A stretch of 59,547 bases of DNA, the filler included, from Sphacelaria rigidula (lineage: Eukaryota): the NCBI GenBank assembly GCA_964200075.2. It is 4 parts of 4 records of this genome, joined end to end, with 100 filler letters (N's around TTAATTAATTAA, not from the genome) between each part and the next. Parts side by side here need not be neighbours in the genome. Positions count along the whole stretch, not along the records: positions 1 to 14,816 come from CAXNAA020002032.1; positions 14,917 to 29,730 come from CAXNAA020002033.1; 2 more parts are not named here. One strand, given 5' to 3'. Positions within the stretch are counted from its first letter, which is position 1; the number at the start of each line of letters is the position of its first letter. Shown here in pieces: positions 10,027 to 22,499 of the stretch. The notes below the pieces were generated by a model. That model saw only the letters and a list, made by a program, of their open reading frames with translations. It did not search any database and was not told where the DNA came from. The position numbers and the translations under genes were made by a program.

Positions 10027-12334
10027 GTGCCCGCGCCTGTGTGGGCCGTGCAGATGGAGCGTCTGGGCTACCAAGGGTATACTACCTTCGAAATTCTGAA
10101 GGCAGAACGTGAGCGTAACGGAAACGTCTTGGAATACTTGGAGGAGGCCAATCGTATTTGCGAAGGAGGCGCGCCCGCAACAAAAACTGCCGTGAGGACC
10201 GCCGATCGTCGCGTGTATGGCCTCATGTCAGATGCGCTAGCGCTTCGCCATGAATCGTCTCTGTTGAAGATCGCGGTCGACGTCGTGATGCGTTCCGACC
10301 TCACCGGCTTCAAGCCTCGGACAGTTCTGAAGTGGGCGGACGAATTTAAGAAAACCAAGGGGTACTTCGAGCGCGATGGAAGGGGGGCGTATGAGAGGGA
10401 GTGGAATTCAACGAGGAGAATCTGAAGCTGAAGCTCTTACGGTGGCTCAAGTCGCAGAAGCGGCTCACTATCAACTCAATCCGTCGATACATCAATGACG
10501 GCTTCTTTGAGGGGGAAGGAGGGATGATGAAGCTGGAGCGGTATAATCTGACACTCCCTATCTCCGCATCCACGATCCACTCATGGGTGACAAAACTGGG
10601 GTGTACGTACGAGAGGCACAGTCAATCGTATTACACTGACGGCCATGAGAGACCTGATGTAGTGGAAAGCCGCAACGAGTACATCAAGCAGAAGCGGGGA
10701 ATCGCATTACGACAACCGCTGTGGGTGCATGTCGAAAAGTCTTCTCTGTCTGAACAGGAGCTAGCGAAGTTTGAGGTTCTGAAAGGGACCGGCGACGAGA
10801 CTGACGATGCGGAGGTATACGAGTGTGAAATTATTGATAAGGCGTGCATCGAGTTCCACGTTGACCTCTTGACCTCTTGAACGATGGCGGAATGATCGAA
10901 ACGTTTGATGCACTCCGCGAAGCTCTCGGGCCAGATGGTGGGCGCTACAGCGTCTGCCGTCCAAAAGCTGCCAGTGCTTCCTGCAAGGCGCATCATTCAA
11001 AGGAGGTGTGTAAGTGCGATCGTAAGATGTACTACATTGGTCAAGATGTGAGCATTTACAAAGTGTACGCGCGTGAGGGCAATGAGTGGGTGATCCAGGG
11101 AGTGCGTGACCTGCGAAAGAAAACGGAGGGGGCGGGAGAAATGATTTCGGCTTTCCAGGACGAGATGCGTGGCTTAGGTTTGTCTCTGACGAAAGATGAG
11201 CTGGAGCGGGTGAACAAGTTCCGCGAGGAACGGGGCCGCCCGGCGCTGCAAAGGACTCCAGGCTCGCGACATCTTGTTTTCGGCAAAAACAAAGGTGGCT
11301 ATTGGGGGTTCGAGCAGTTCGAAAAGCACGTGGTGGATGCCATGGATGTCCTAGAGGTAATTGAACCCGAGAAGCAAATAGTGTTTGAGGTGGACCACTC
11401 TGCGGGACACGCGAAAATGCGTGAGGATGGACTGCATACATCAAGCATGAACGTCAAATACGGGGGGAGGCAGAAGGTATTACGGGATACCACAATGACG
11501 GAGGGTTGTCTGGGAAGCGCGCAGGCGACCATGTATAAACTTGGTGAAACGTGGAGCACAGAGTACAGAGTAGGGGCCACACCTCACCCGAAGAAGCTCA
11601 AGGTAGGTGACACAAAATGCATGACATTCAAGTCGGGTGATCCCCCGCCTTTCTACGATGTGGATGCCCCCGAGGTAAACACGAAAATGGTGCGAAAGAA
11701 AACACCGAAAAAGAAGGACAGCGCTCCCGTTCCAGAAGGCAAGGGAACGGAGGGAGCAACTAGCTCAACTGAAGAAACGGAGGAGTATATCAAGGAGGGT
11801 TACATTGGTAAAGCGAAGGGAATAAAGCAGGTGTTATGGGAGCGCGGATTGTGGCTGGACCAGATGGGGACGGGAGACAAGGTGAGGCCGGATAAGAACA
11901 TCGTAACCGTCCTGGGAAAGTTGCCGGACTTTCGGGACGAGAGATCAGTACTGCAGCATACCGTAGAGAGCCGTGGCCACCTTCTCGTGCTATCGCCCAA
12001 GTGCCACCCGGAGGTTGCAGGGGTCGGGATCGAGTAATCCTGGGGGATATTGAAGCAGCATTACCGGCGAGAGATCAACGACGAGGTGCCAAAAAACCTA
12101 CATGCTAATATCGTCCAGTCTCTGTGCCGCGCCACAATTTTGACGCTGGGCCGAGTGCGACGCTTTGCGCGACGCACTCGAGACCACTGCCGGGCGTACC
12201 GTGATATGGCGCAACCCAAAGGCGCAGGCGACGACGTACCGGAGGGGAAGGCCGGAATCGAGGCGATGCGCAAGAAACACAATGCACACCGTAATATTCT
12301 AGACATCGACGTCGCGTCCATCAACAGCCAGTGA
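10027..12334 (+). pseudogene. Degraded DDE transposase, IS630/Tc1/mariner-related
   Basis: Four consecutive ORF pieces (10027-10425, 10401-10880, 10877-12037, 12050-12334) join into one protein. It has an HTH-like segment (ISASTIHSWVTKLG), YTDGHERPDVV, putative catalytic GQD (11045), VDHSAGH (11393) and PKCHPEVAGVGIE (12032, equivalent to the ITm P-x-SPDLNPIE motif) followed by *SWG. It is disrupted by frameshifts at ~10405 and ~10870 and a TAA at 12035. No TIRs were found. Confidence 0.8.
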
Positions 12335-12831
12335 CGATGCTAGTTTGCAGTGGCGGCGAGGACGAGGCGGAGGTGCGCCGTAAGGGCGGGAGTGGAGGGG
12401 GGTAGAAGGCAGGTCTCCGACTGATGGCAGGTTGTGCTTTATTTCCTTGTACGTTCGCATTAAGACGATTCGTAATTTTGTTTCAATGTAGGATGCACTT
12501 GCTACTGTAGCAAGGGCTATGCTCATTATGCACCCCTACATGGTTGCCAGTTATCGAGTGGTGATGTGTGTAGGCCTGTATTCTCTTGAGGGATTCGGTG
12601 CGGATTTCTGCGGGCGTACAGCTCCTCATGCGGTGCAATAGTGTTCGTGTCTCTTGTCCGGTACGACTGCACGTGCGGAACTCATTTCTTTTTTTCCGAT
12701 AACGTCCCACTTATGTGAAAACATTTGTGTGTCTGTATGTACTCTGCTGCCCTCAATCCCTTGGGCTTCTTCCTCGTTTTAATTTTTTAATCCCATTTTT
12801 TGTGCTCTTTTCTTTATTTTTTATTGTTTTA

Positions 12832-13307
12832 GGCCGCTATTATAGACTGAAAAAATGTCTAAGAACTGCCCTTTTGAGCCTTCCATGGGGGATTAATGGC
12901 GGAATACGGGCCTTGGCAGATTTTGCCTCCTCGGAAAAATTTGCTCTATTTTTCATGAGGATTCCAGCACGCTTGTCCGATCTTTCGTACTCCCAGTTTT
13001 ACTCTTGGCCGGGTTCAGGATTTTTTCAGTCACCTGACAAGAACTTCGAGTTGTCGGGGAAAATACGAACGATTTGTCGACAACTCGAAGTTTTTGTCAG
13101 GTGACTGAAAATATCCAGAATCCGGCGAAGAGTAAAACTGGGAGTACGAAAGATCGGACAAGCGTGCTGGAATCCTCGTGAAAAATAGAGCAAATATTTC
13201 CGAGGGGGCCAAACCCGCCAAGGCCCGTATTCCGCCAATGATCCGAGGTGGAAGGTTCAAAAGGGCAGCTCTCAGACAGATTTGTTTTCAGTCTATAAGA
13301 AGCGGCC
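12832..13307. mobile_element. Fold-back MITE, PIF/Harbinger (Tourist)-like, TTA TSD
   Basis: About 225-bp arms form a near-perfect palindrome (ggccgctattatagactgaaaa ... ttttcagtctataagaagcggcc). It is flanked by TTA at 12829-12831 and 13308-13310. Confidence 0.9.
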
Positions 13308-14524
13308 TTAGGTCGGCCATTTTATTCCGTGATTTGCTTCCGTTGACTTTTTATTCTTCTTCTCAAATTATTATTATTATCACGTCTTAGCCTACTATGT
13401 CGTTCTGTTCGACTTCTTTTCTGTTCCTTGTTGTCTTCAGCAAGTGTTTCAGATTTGCTTTTCTTGGGTATGTCTACCATGCAACCACGGCTGGACCCAT
13501 GGGGGTCAGTTAAAGTGAGACAATCAATAAAAACTCAATAAATTATTCTGCGGCATCACCACTTGTCCCGAGCGTTCCGCCAGCGTCGGGATTACGAGAT
13601 GTTGTCCCAAGAACCCTTGCAACCTGTTCTTGGAAACCGTAGTAGGCATTCACGATTCTGTCGGGCTCTGGAATAAATCGGAAGAATAATTTCCCAAGGA
13701 GGCCTTGTTCCGGCGGTTAAACGTCACGAAAATTTTGACTGTACGTGGTTCCGTCGTCGCTGGGCTTCACCGCTCGTCGCCTGGTAGGAGGCCTGCAACG
13801 TACTTTTTTCAATCCCGACCCACCCGGCTTCTAAACGACCCATTCTCAAAAGTCAATTTCGAGAGCTGGCCTTCAAACTTTGGTACGAGAAACGCCTAAT
13901 ACAGCATGACATCAAAACCATATCGGAAGAAGCGACATGTTTTCCCCCATAACTCAAGGGTAACAGTCGAGGTCCAGTGGAGTGAACACAAAAACATTCA
14001 TGTTTGGGGACCATATTATGATTGTTTCATGACTCGAAGGTAACAACCAAGAGCCTTTTTTTACAAAAATGTTTATTATGCCGAAAAAAAAACTCGGCCG
14101 ACCAAAGTGTTTTTTTTGTGCTCTCGTCACGCCCCATACCAGGTTTTAGAGCCCAACTCCGAAACAGAGGGAGTGTAGGGGCCTGCAACCTGCAGATCCG
14201 CCCGAACGAACGCTGCCCAAGGTTGTACGTACTCCACGGTACTTCTACAGTACAAACTGACGTGAACGTTCTGAGCTCCAATTTTGAAATTGAAATTTCA
14301 TACATAAGATGGAGAACCACAAAGGCGTGCCGAAGAAAAAAATATATATGGGCATTCATTCTTTTTTTTTCAGAGGTTAGGACGTTCTCGTGAAAGAATG
14401 GTTTTGACCATAGTAGAACACCCTGAACGAGTGAAAAATATGAAAAAAAAATCAACCCGATCCACTTCTTTGGGTTAATCATGCCTTAGAGAGCGCCCAC
14501 ACCAAATTTCAATACACGAAAGCC

Positions 14525-14585
14525 AAACGTGGGCCGGTGAGTGGCCGGCGAAATACTGTTCCGAATTTCTACCGACCCGGTTTTT
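14525..14585 (+). repeat. Interspersed repeat segment shared with 54340-54400
   Basis: tgggccggt..gtggcc.gc.aaatactgttccgaatttctaccg.cc.ggtttt is present in both contig 1 and contig 4. Confidence 0.75.
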
Positions 14586-14744
14586 GATAGGCCCATGCTC
14601 TTTTATGCATTTAGAGTTGGGCCCTGAAATTTGGTATGGACAGTGCATAGAGCATAAAAAAAAATTTACTGAAGTACCAAAAGTTTTTTTTTTCATGAGT
14701 CAAGGGCAACAATCGGTTTTTAGGTATCACTAAAATGCCCTTAA

Positions 14745-14816
14745 GGCCGCTTCTTATAATAGACAAAAATAAAAACCCAGAAAAATGTATTTTTGGAGCT
14801 TTTACGTCGTTTTACG
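14745..14816. mobile_element. Terminus of another GGCCGCTTCTTAT-type element, truncated by the contig end
   Basis: TAA followed by ggccgcttcttata, the same terminal sequence as the right TIR of 12832-13307. Confidence 0.6.
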
Positions 14817-14916
14817 NNNNNNNNNNNNNNNNNNNNNNNNNNNNNNNNNNNNNNNNNNNNTTAATTAATTAANNNNNNNNNNNNNNNNNNNNNNNNNNNN
14901 NNNNNNNNNNNNNNNN
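14817..14916. other. Artificial contig-joining spacer (N44-TTAATTAATTAA-N44)
   Basis: Exactly 100 bp with a six-frame stop linker. Identical spacers occur at 29731 and 44640. Confidence 0.97.
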
Positions 14917-15075
14917 TCCGGTCTGATGCCAGGTCAATGGTCTGATTACTATGGCATTCATGGTCAGTGGTACCCCCCCCCCCCCCCCCGCTCCCCCCTC
15001 CCTCTGCAAGAGGCGTGCGAGGTAGACGACAAACTAATGTGAGTGCTGTTGCTCCATTGCGCAGATTTCGGGGCG

Positions 15076-18000
15076 ATGGATAACAGTGGCGGGAGACGGA
15101 GACCAACAGGGAGGAGAGCATTGGCACCCGACACTAACCGAACCTTTGTGCACTTCAGGACCGAGGCAGGGGACGGTTTCGCACCGCCGGAGAAGGAAGC
15201 GGAGACGGAAAGCGGAGTGACGGCAGCGGCGTGCATGAATCGAGGCGGTGGGAGCGCTGGCGAATCCAAGGACAGCGATAGTCGCTGCGAGGAAGGAGTG
15301 CTGAAGAGCACCGAGTGCCGCGGATGCCCCAGCGCTAACAATCACAAAACTCCGTGCTTGACTTCTTGTCGTAGCCCTTGCCCCGGCAGCCGTACTGAGC
15401 CGCCGTCTCGAGGATATGCAGAAGAAGAAGAAGAAAGCGGCGTTGGTGAGTTTGCGGTGGGCTTCTCGGGCAGAAGCGTGGAGCGACCGCCGTCGCCGTC
15501 GCCATCGGTGGGGGAGGTCCCTACGGTCAGACAGAGGTTTCTCGCTCCGTCGAACTCGACAATTCTCGCCTCGGGGACTTTGAACCGGGAAGGGGAGTCG
15601 GAATCACCGGTTCACCAGGATGGGGCGGGGGTGGTTAGGGATAGGGTGTTGACGAGCGAGAATGACGGCGCGCGTTGTGGTGGTACTTGTATCGGTGGCG
15701 AAGATCACGGTAATCGTCGACGGAAACGGTCGGCGGGAGTATCGCCAATCATGGGTAGCCGATGGTTGTCGGCGGTTGCGGGAGCGCGGCGTTTCAGAGA
15801 GCGGGAGCAGACTGCTGTCGCGTTGGCCGCCGTGGGGGATAGAGAAGAGGAGAGGAAGGCGGAGGAGCGTGGGGAAGGAGGTGGTGATGGCCGAAATAGT
15901 TGTGGTGACAGCGGTGTCGGCAGTCATGTTGAAGAAGCAGCGGGAGAAGGCGTAGTGACCGCTATGGTGAACGGGTATTGCAGGCAATATCCTTATGGTG
16001 ACGTCACCGCTGCTTGTGGAGACATTGGTAATCGTGGTACGCAGGAAAAAGAGGAGCGAGAAGAAAAGACCGGTGCTGGTAACGTTGAGGGTTCGACGTC
16101 GCCGAGGGTGACGGCAGAGACATCGGCGTATGAAGGAAATGATCGTACGGCGGCAGCCGCAGCCGTGTCGCCGCCAGCTCCAGTGACTTTGGCGACCACG
16201 CCGCCGCTGGCCTCTGTACGGACAGGGTGGCCGTCATCTGTACCCCATGCGAGGAGTCAACGAGGCACCGCCGCAGATTTGGAGCCACAAGGGCGGCAAG
16301 GTATGCTCCAAGTTGCAGCAGCAGCGTCGGCAGCAGCAGCGGAAGTAGCGAAGCAACAGAAAAGCACCGTGCAGCCGAGGCCCAGGCCCGAGCCGGAGCC
16401 TGGGCCACCACGGAGGCACAAGCCGGGCGCGGGACTGGCAGCCCTGTTTCGGCCGTCTCCTGCTTCCAGTGCGCCAGGTTTATTCCCTGACTCCGCTGGT
16501 AAAAGAAATAATCCTGGAAATGTGAGAAGTAATATAGTGCAGGGTAGAGGTGTGCGTAGGGTGTTTGACAAGGACGTATCGGTGGTGGCGGGTGGGGGAG
16601 CGGGGACGGGGGCGACCTTCGTGCCTTCGGTACTAGAAGAAGTCGGGGGGGAGATGATGCAGCAGCCGCAGCAGCCGCAGCGGAGGGGAATGGCGGGTGG
16701 TGCGGCGCTTACCGCGTTGTTTGCGCCAGCGGCGGGAGTGACTGAGATGAAGGAAGACTCCGCTACGCATGGCGGTGCGCAGACAGGTATAGTGCCTGAG
16801 TACACACGCCTGCCCCCAAAATCGCGGCAGATCATCCTTCTTGTGTGCAAATTGCCGTACGTGCAGGATTGGTATTGGAACCACCGCAGGTGCCGGACTT
16901 TACCCCTACTCCTAACTTTTTTTTTATCCACATTATACCTTTTGTTGTTCGTCATTATCCAGAAGTGAGGTCGGATTGTGCCCCCCCTGAGCAACACCCG
17001 CAGTTTTATGCCCACGATGTTGTCGGAAGTCCGTGGTTCGGCGCCTGCTTGCGTTTCTGTATTACATCGTGCACTCTGTTCTCTCTCACTTGTCTTTCAT
17101 GCTTCCCCTCCCCTTTTCTTCTCTTGGTCTTCTGGAGCTAGCGTGTGTTTCCGTTTGTTCGCCTTGTGTGCTCCTTTTTTCCTTCATGACAACGGCTGGA
17201 TATTCGCAGCAGATCGATTCATGGATCAAGTCGCGACATTTAATCAACCAGTCGAATCAATCAACTCTTATCAAGCACATTCTCTCGCTCATCCGCAAGG
17301 CAGAAGTGATTGTCCTCTTCAACCCCAGTGTTATTCATTTTCCATAATATTGAGGCAATCAATCATTATCATCATCATGGAGGCGGTGTGTGTGGGAGAA
17401 TATGTACCTTTGAGTAGCTACTGTGATATTCCGCAGTTTCAATTATCTGAGACAAGGAATAGAAACCATCACGGGAAGAGGAGTGGGTACTTCCAGCATC
17501 AAGGGCTCGCTTCACGGGCGGTGTGAGGAGGTGGAAAAAGCACCATCACGCACTAGACCCGTCACAGCACATATCGCAAGCGATTGCTACTGAAACAAGG
17601 TCCTGTCCCGGTAGTACACGATTAAGTTGTGCAGGGTTCTCTACATGCTGACCCACCCCGCGGGCACGGATTTCAAACAACGCTTGTATGCAGTATATTT
17701 GTATGATACTGCTTGCTGTCTGTTTATACCGAGGGGTGGTGGGTGGTGTACCACCCCTCGCTCCGCCACATCTTCTACAGCGGTCGGTGTTGCAGCTGAG
17801 CGTGCATTTGCTCTAGGTGGCCCACGCAGATGTAAAAGGCCGCCTCTGCCGCTATAATGCCTGCATGTATCTCCAGCGGAGCTGTATGGTGACACAGCCA
17901 ATATGGCGCGCAAGCCAGCTGTAACATTTCATACCGTGGAGATTGCTAATCTGTCTTGAAGTAATGCGCATTCCCCACGTTGCAGTATGCAATATCTTCT

Positions 18001-21000
18001 ATATTGTGCAGAGTACATTCTTTTAGTTTGTATACTGACTGTAGAAAGCCCTTATCCAGGGTGTAATGCAATACATTTCCACATATATTAGGCGGTGAGA
18101 TCGTGAAATATACCACAGCACATGGCCGAAGTGGAAGTGAGGCAATCACCGAAATATTGACGTGCAAAGCGTGCGTGTGTGGAGAAAATCTGAGTTGATG
18201 AAGCTAGAAGAATACCAGTGCAACGCCCACTCCGGCTGCCAGCCTGTTTGCACGGTCGTCCTGATAGTGGTGGGATTGTCTGCACCGGGATGTCGCCCCC
18301 AGTACCAAGTACGCCAGCAAGGGTCCGCAGCACTACCCACTGGTCGCGCGACAGGAGCTTAACCTTCGACTGTCGACCGTTTTGGAGCGGAAACGTTCAC
18401 CTCACAACCCTCATATATATAGCGGACCATGGACGATGCTTGTTTTCTGGGTTTCTTCGAGCGTTTATCCATGACTTGGCGAAGATTGATGATGAGGCCA
18501 GTAGGATCCGTTGCAGTCAGCGTGCTCAACTGTCGACTGTACCCACTATGATCATCAGACAACAGGGTGGTGAAAAAAAAGAGTCCGATGCACCGTGGAT
18601 ATCCACAGTTTCGATGCAGTCGGGGCCATCAGCGACTTCTCCTGCTGCAGCTGGGACTGTGACACCTTCCTCTGATACTAATCTACACGTTCTCCAAGTT
18701 TCGGCGTCATCTGACGCGAGGTGCGGATTCTCTCCACGGCTAAGCTGCTGAAACACCGCCTCCATAATATGGAAATGGAATGACACTGACCCTCGTTTGT
18801 ATCACAACGCGGCACAGTCTCGAATCGTCCCGCCGTTCACGGAAACGTCCACAACAGTGAAGGACGAGTTTTACTTCTCTCTTTGTTTTGTGAGGAACGA
18901 CACACTAGAAAAACAGCAGATCATGTCGCAATGAAGTATCCATGATGGGTAGCCACAGATCACTAGACAAGCAGGCTTGACAAGCATCAGAAGCATCTGA
19001 CCCGGAGCATCGATTCTCCATATCACCTACAAGTGCAGGTTTTTGTGCGTGCTGTACATGTATCGCTCTGTTCCTCTTCCACAGCGAACATACATGTTGC
19101 TTCGCATCTCTTCACCGCCAAAGATATGAGTCCCGCAGACCAAACTGATGGAGCGCTTGCTTGGACGGGCTGTGTGTTAAGGCTTTTATGTCCCCGGGTT
19201 CCCGACGTCCGACGGTGTACAGCACTGGGCGCCTGAACTAATCAGTTTGCAATTTATTCGTAGGTATTGATTCTCCTGGGCTTTTTTGCTTGCCACTGCT
19301 CGTCATATTGGAGATCTTAAGATACTTGTGTCCGTTCCACATTCCAAGAAAAAAATCGTACGTACTCATAGTGAGTGACTTACGAGCTGACCGGTCGTCG
19401 AGGGTCCTGACACGTTTCAGCCCAGATTCTGACTCATGCGTATTTTCGGTCGATCGAGTCTGTCCCGATCGTATGTGTAAAGAAATGTACAGGTTTGTCT
19501 TTCGGGAATTCTACCTATTCTTTGCACTAGAGCCGGAAAGCTGTGCTTTACGGTCAATAACATCCTCCTGATAAACGGGGTATCTACTCGTATCGCCCGA
19601 TAACACCAACTAATACTAAGTTGGGCACTGGCGGGGGGAAGACGATCTGTTCATGTTACCCAAAAGTACCGACGCTAGCACTTTTGAGTTCTGTCGAAGA
19701 GTAGTCGCGAGAAAAAGAAAAAAATTCTGAAGAAAAATAGTTCAGGCGCCCAGTACTATGGGCACGAGAGCAGGGCGAAACGATTCGCGGATGAAAGTCG
19801 ACGGGCTGCTGGGGGAGTGCTTGACCCATGTATACATACAAGGTTAGTGTTTCATCGCCTTTCGGTTGGGGGCCGGCAGTAGCTGTGGCAGGGTCGTGGC
19901 GTTGGTATCATTGAAGCTCTCTCTCTCGACAACGATTTCCCATGTGTGACCAGCGTGAAAAGCAGCGATGTGTATGTTTTTGCTTGTTTTATTTCGCCGT
20001 CCTTTTCACCGATCGGCCGAGAACACTCCAATCAACCAAACCAATCAGATCGACCAGCCGATCAAGCACGACAGACTGACCAGCCGATTGACGAGTCATG
20101 CGTCATGTCACCCTTGTATGTATGTTGCGAAGCAGGAACTGTGGAGGAAGGCTTGGTGCCGGTTCCTTGGCGAAGGGGAGAGGATCGCCGCCCAACAAAC
20201 AACGCACCGACGGCGCCGACTGCAGCGGGGGAAGCTGGAGCACAGCTGCAGCAACAGCACAGTTATAGACTAGCTTCCCGATTAAATCGAAACAGCAATC
20301 CTCCGGCATATAACGCGTCGACGCCATCATCCGTGCTAATGCCGCCTAAGCTCAGCGTAGGTGGGCCGGAGGATCTGGCTCATCAACGGAAAGGAGACGG
20401 CGCTGCTGTGACAATATCGCAGAGAGGAGTTGTCTCCGCTGTGCCGATCGATACGACACCCCCCACAGGAGCAGCTGCAGTGGGAGAGTCAGACCACGTC
20501 TTTTCATCATCCCCTACATCTACGTTGTCAGCAATAGCTGCTGCAGCAGCAGCACCACGAACAGCTGCGATGGGGGAGTTGTGTGATGACAGTACGTCGG
20601 CCGTTGGATCATCAGCTGCCGCGGTGGACGGTGGGAGTAGCACGGTTGTGGCAGAAGGAGAAAAACGGGATGGCGGCGATGGCTGTGACGACGGGGTACA
20701 CTCTGCGATCGCCGGTGATGCGGCTATAATTGCTCCCCCCGCTCGAGGCGATGCTACGGTGGCTGCTCCTGCTGCTAACGGCGACAACGGTGATGATGTC
20801 TACGGTGATCGCGGTGTTTGTGTTGCCCGTGCCTCGACAACAATCGCTGCTGCTGATTCCGCTGCTGCTGCTGCTACTGTGCCGTCGCAAGAAAACACAA
20901 CACCGCCGTCATCGTGGTCCGACGTTTTTGACACTGAGCCATCCTCAAAACGTACCACGTCCGTCCTTGCCGACCCAAGAGAGACGGGGGCGACCTCCAC

Positions 21001-21670
21001 CGTTTCGTGCGTGACTGGATCGTCGGGCGCCGTCGTTTCGTCACGAGATTCACCTTTGGTGGCAGCGGCGGCGACAGCAGCGGTACCTTCGCAAGGCACT
21101 GCTATCCGCGCCGGGGAGCTCCAAGCTATGGACCTCCAAGCTGCGTCGGGTGTTCTGCAGGAGGAAAAACAGCAGCAACGGCAGGGGAAGCGCTCTGCGA
21201 CAGATGCTGCGGCAGTTCTGCCACGCGCATTACCTGCCGCCTCTGTCTCCGGAATAACCACCGCCGGTGCCACGGTCGCCGCCTCGAGAACCCCCGCTGC
21301 TCCCGCACACGGGCAAGGGACTCAGATGGCGCAGCTCGCACTGCAGACCTCTTCTCCGCCGCTACCCTTCGAAATAGACAACACCACGCCGTCGCTGCCG
21401 ACTCAAGGCGCAGAGAGCCTGGCTGGTGCTGGGTCGAGGCCCGGGCGGCGGCGCCTGTGGAATCGCCTTTCAGCCACGGTTGACTTCGGCGGTACGGGGA
21501 AGGTGGGTAGTAGTGCTGGGCAAGGGATTCGGGGAGGTGAGACAATGGCTGCGGCGGCGGCAGCGGCGGCAGCGGCGGCAGCGGAGGTGGCGGTGGAGGG
21601 GCGGGAGGCGGAAGCTGATATCATGGAGGCTCGACCATCGTCCGAGCGCTCAGGTGCTGTTGACGATACA
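15076..21670 (+). CDS. Partial gene of unknown function: two large Ala/Gly/Ser/Glu-rich, likely disordered exons (~15076-16786 and 20136-~21670)
   Basis: Long GC-rich ORFs 15043-16968 and 19946-21688. The donor ACA G|gtatag at 16786 and the acceptor gcag|GA at 20136 are phase-compatible (Gly codon). No recognisable domain, and the gene ends are uncertain. Confidence 0.6.
17331..18783 (+). mobile_element. ~1.4-kb non-autonomous TIR element, copy A (intronic)
   Basis: Ends atggaggcggtgt (17377) and acaccgcctccat (18753) are inverted repeats. The interior aligns by eye in reverse orientation to 22500-23756. Confidence 0.7.
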
Positions 21671-22499
21671 GTGGGTAGACTTCTGTGAAATAGTGTGTGT
21701 AGAGATATGAACATACTTTGCACAAATAAATCGCCACGCTTCAATCAGATGGCGATGCCAAAAAGGAAAGCAACTCATTGTAGTATGTCATCCACGTGCA
21801 AGATAGCCAGTACGCTGCGGGCCGCGAACAATCTTGGCAGGATGCAACTCACCCTTCATGCGACTCGTCGACGACACCACGGCGCTTCGCGCTTGGTGAT
21901 TGACTGTGAGCCTGCTCCGGCAATACTATACATTATATATATACATGTATGTACATGCATCATTTCGCTTTTTTCACCACTTTTGCCAAGTTTTCTCTGG
22001 CTGCAAGGCATCTTAGCCCGCGCTTTCTTTTGCAGCGCACGAAGGATGGTCAGCGGTGCATTACAGTTGAGGTTTGGGTGTCATCTGATACCTGTGGCGC
22101 GTGTTCTTGCCATCGAAAGTCGCCCACACTGGCTCTTTTTCGCGGGGTGTCGATCCCGAACCACAAAAGCCCATCCAAGATCGTCGAAAACTTCAAACAA
22201 GAGCCACAAAAGCCCGCTCACGGCGGGGTAATTTTTCACCGTGATTTTCTTTGCGTTCTCGATGATGTGGGAACACGAAGGCAGTGGTTATGCAGCGAAT
22301 GTCACGAGACAATGAGAGCAAAGCAGTTGAACACAGCTGGACATTGCCTTGACTTAGTCAGCAGCAAACACAAGTCGAATGATCTGAGATCCCTCATCAT
22401 TTAGTTTTGACGTGAAGCCTCTGACATGGTCATATCTGCGTAATATGTGCCCCAATTATGCGAACGTAACAATCCACTAAAAAAGCCTCGTGAAGAACA

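Noticed and set aside
12715-13260. Similar ORFs on both strands (GGIRALA..FALFF.RIPARLSDLSYSQFYS)
   Set aside because: A consequence of the palindromic MITE, not genes.
14861-14872. TTAATTAATTAA as a biological motif
   Set aside because: Synthetic six-frame stop linker repeated identically three times.
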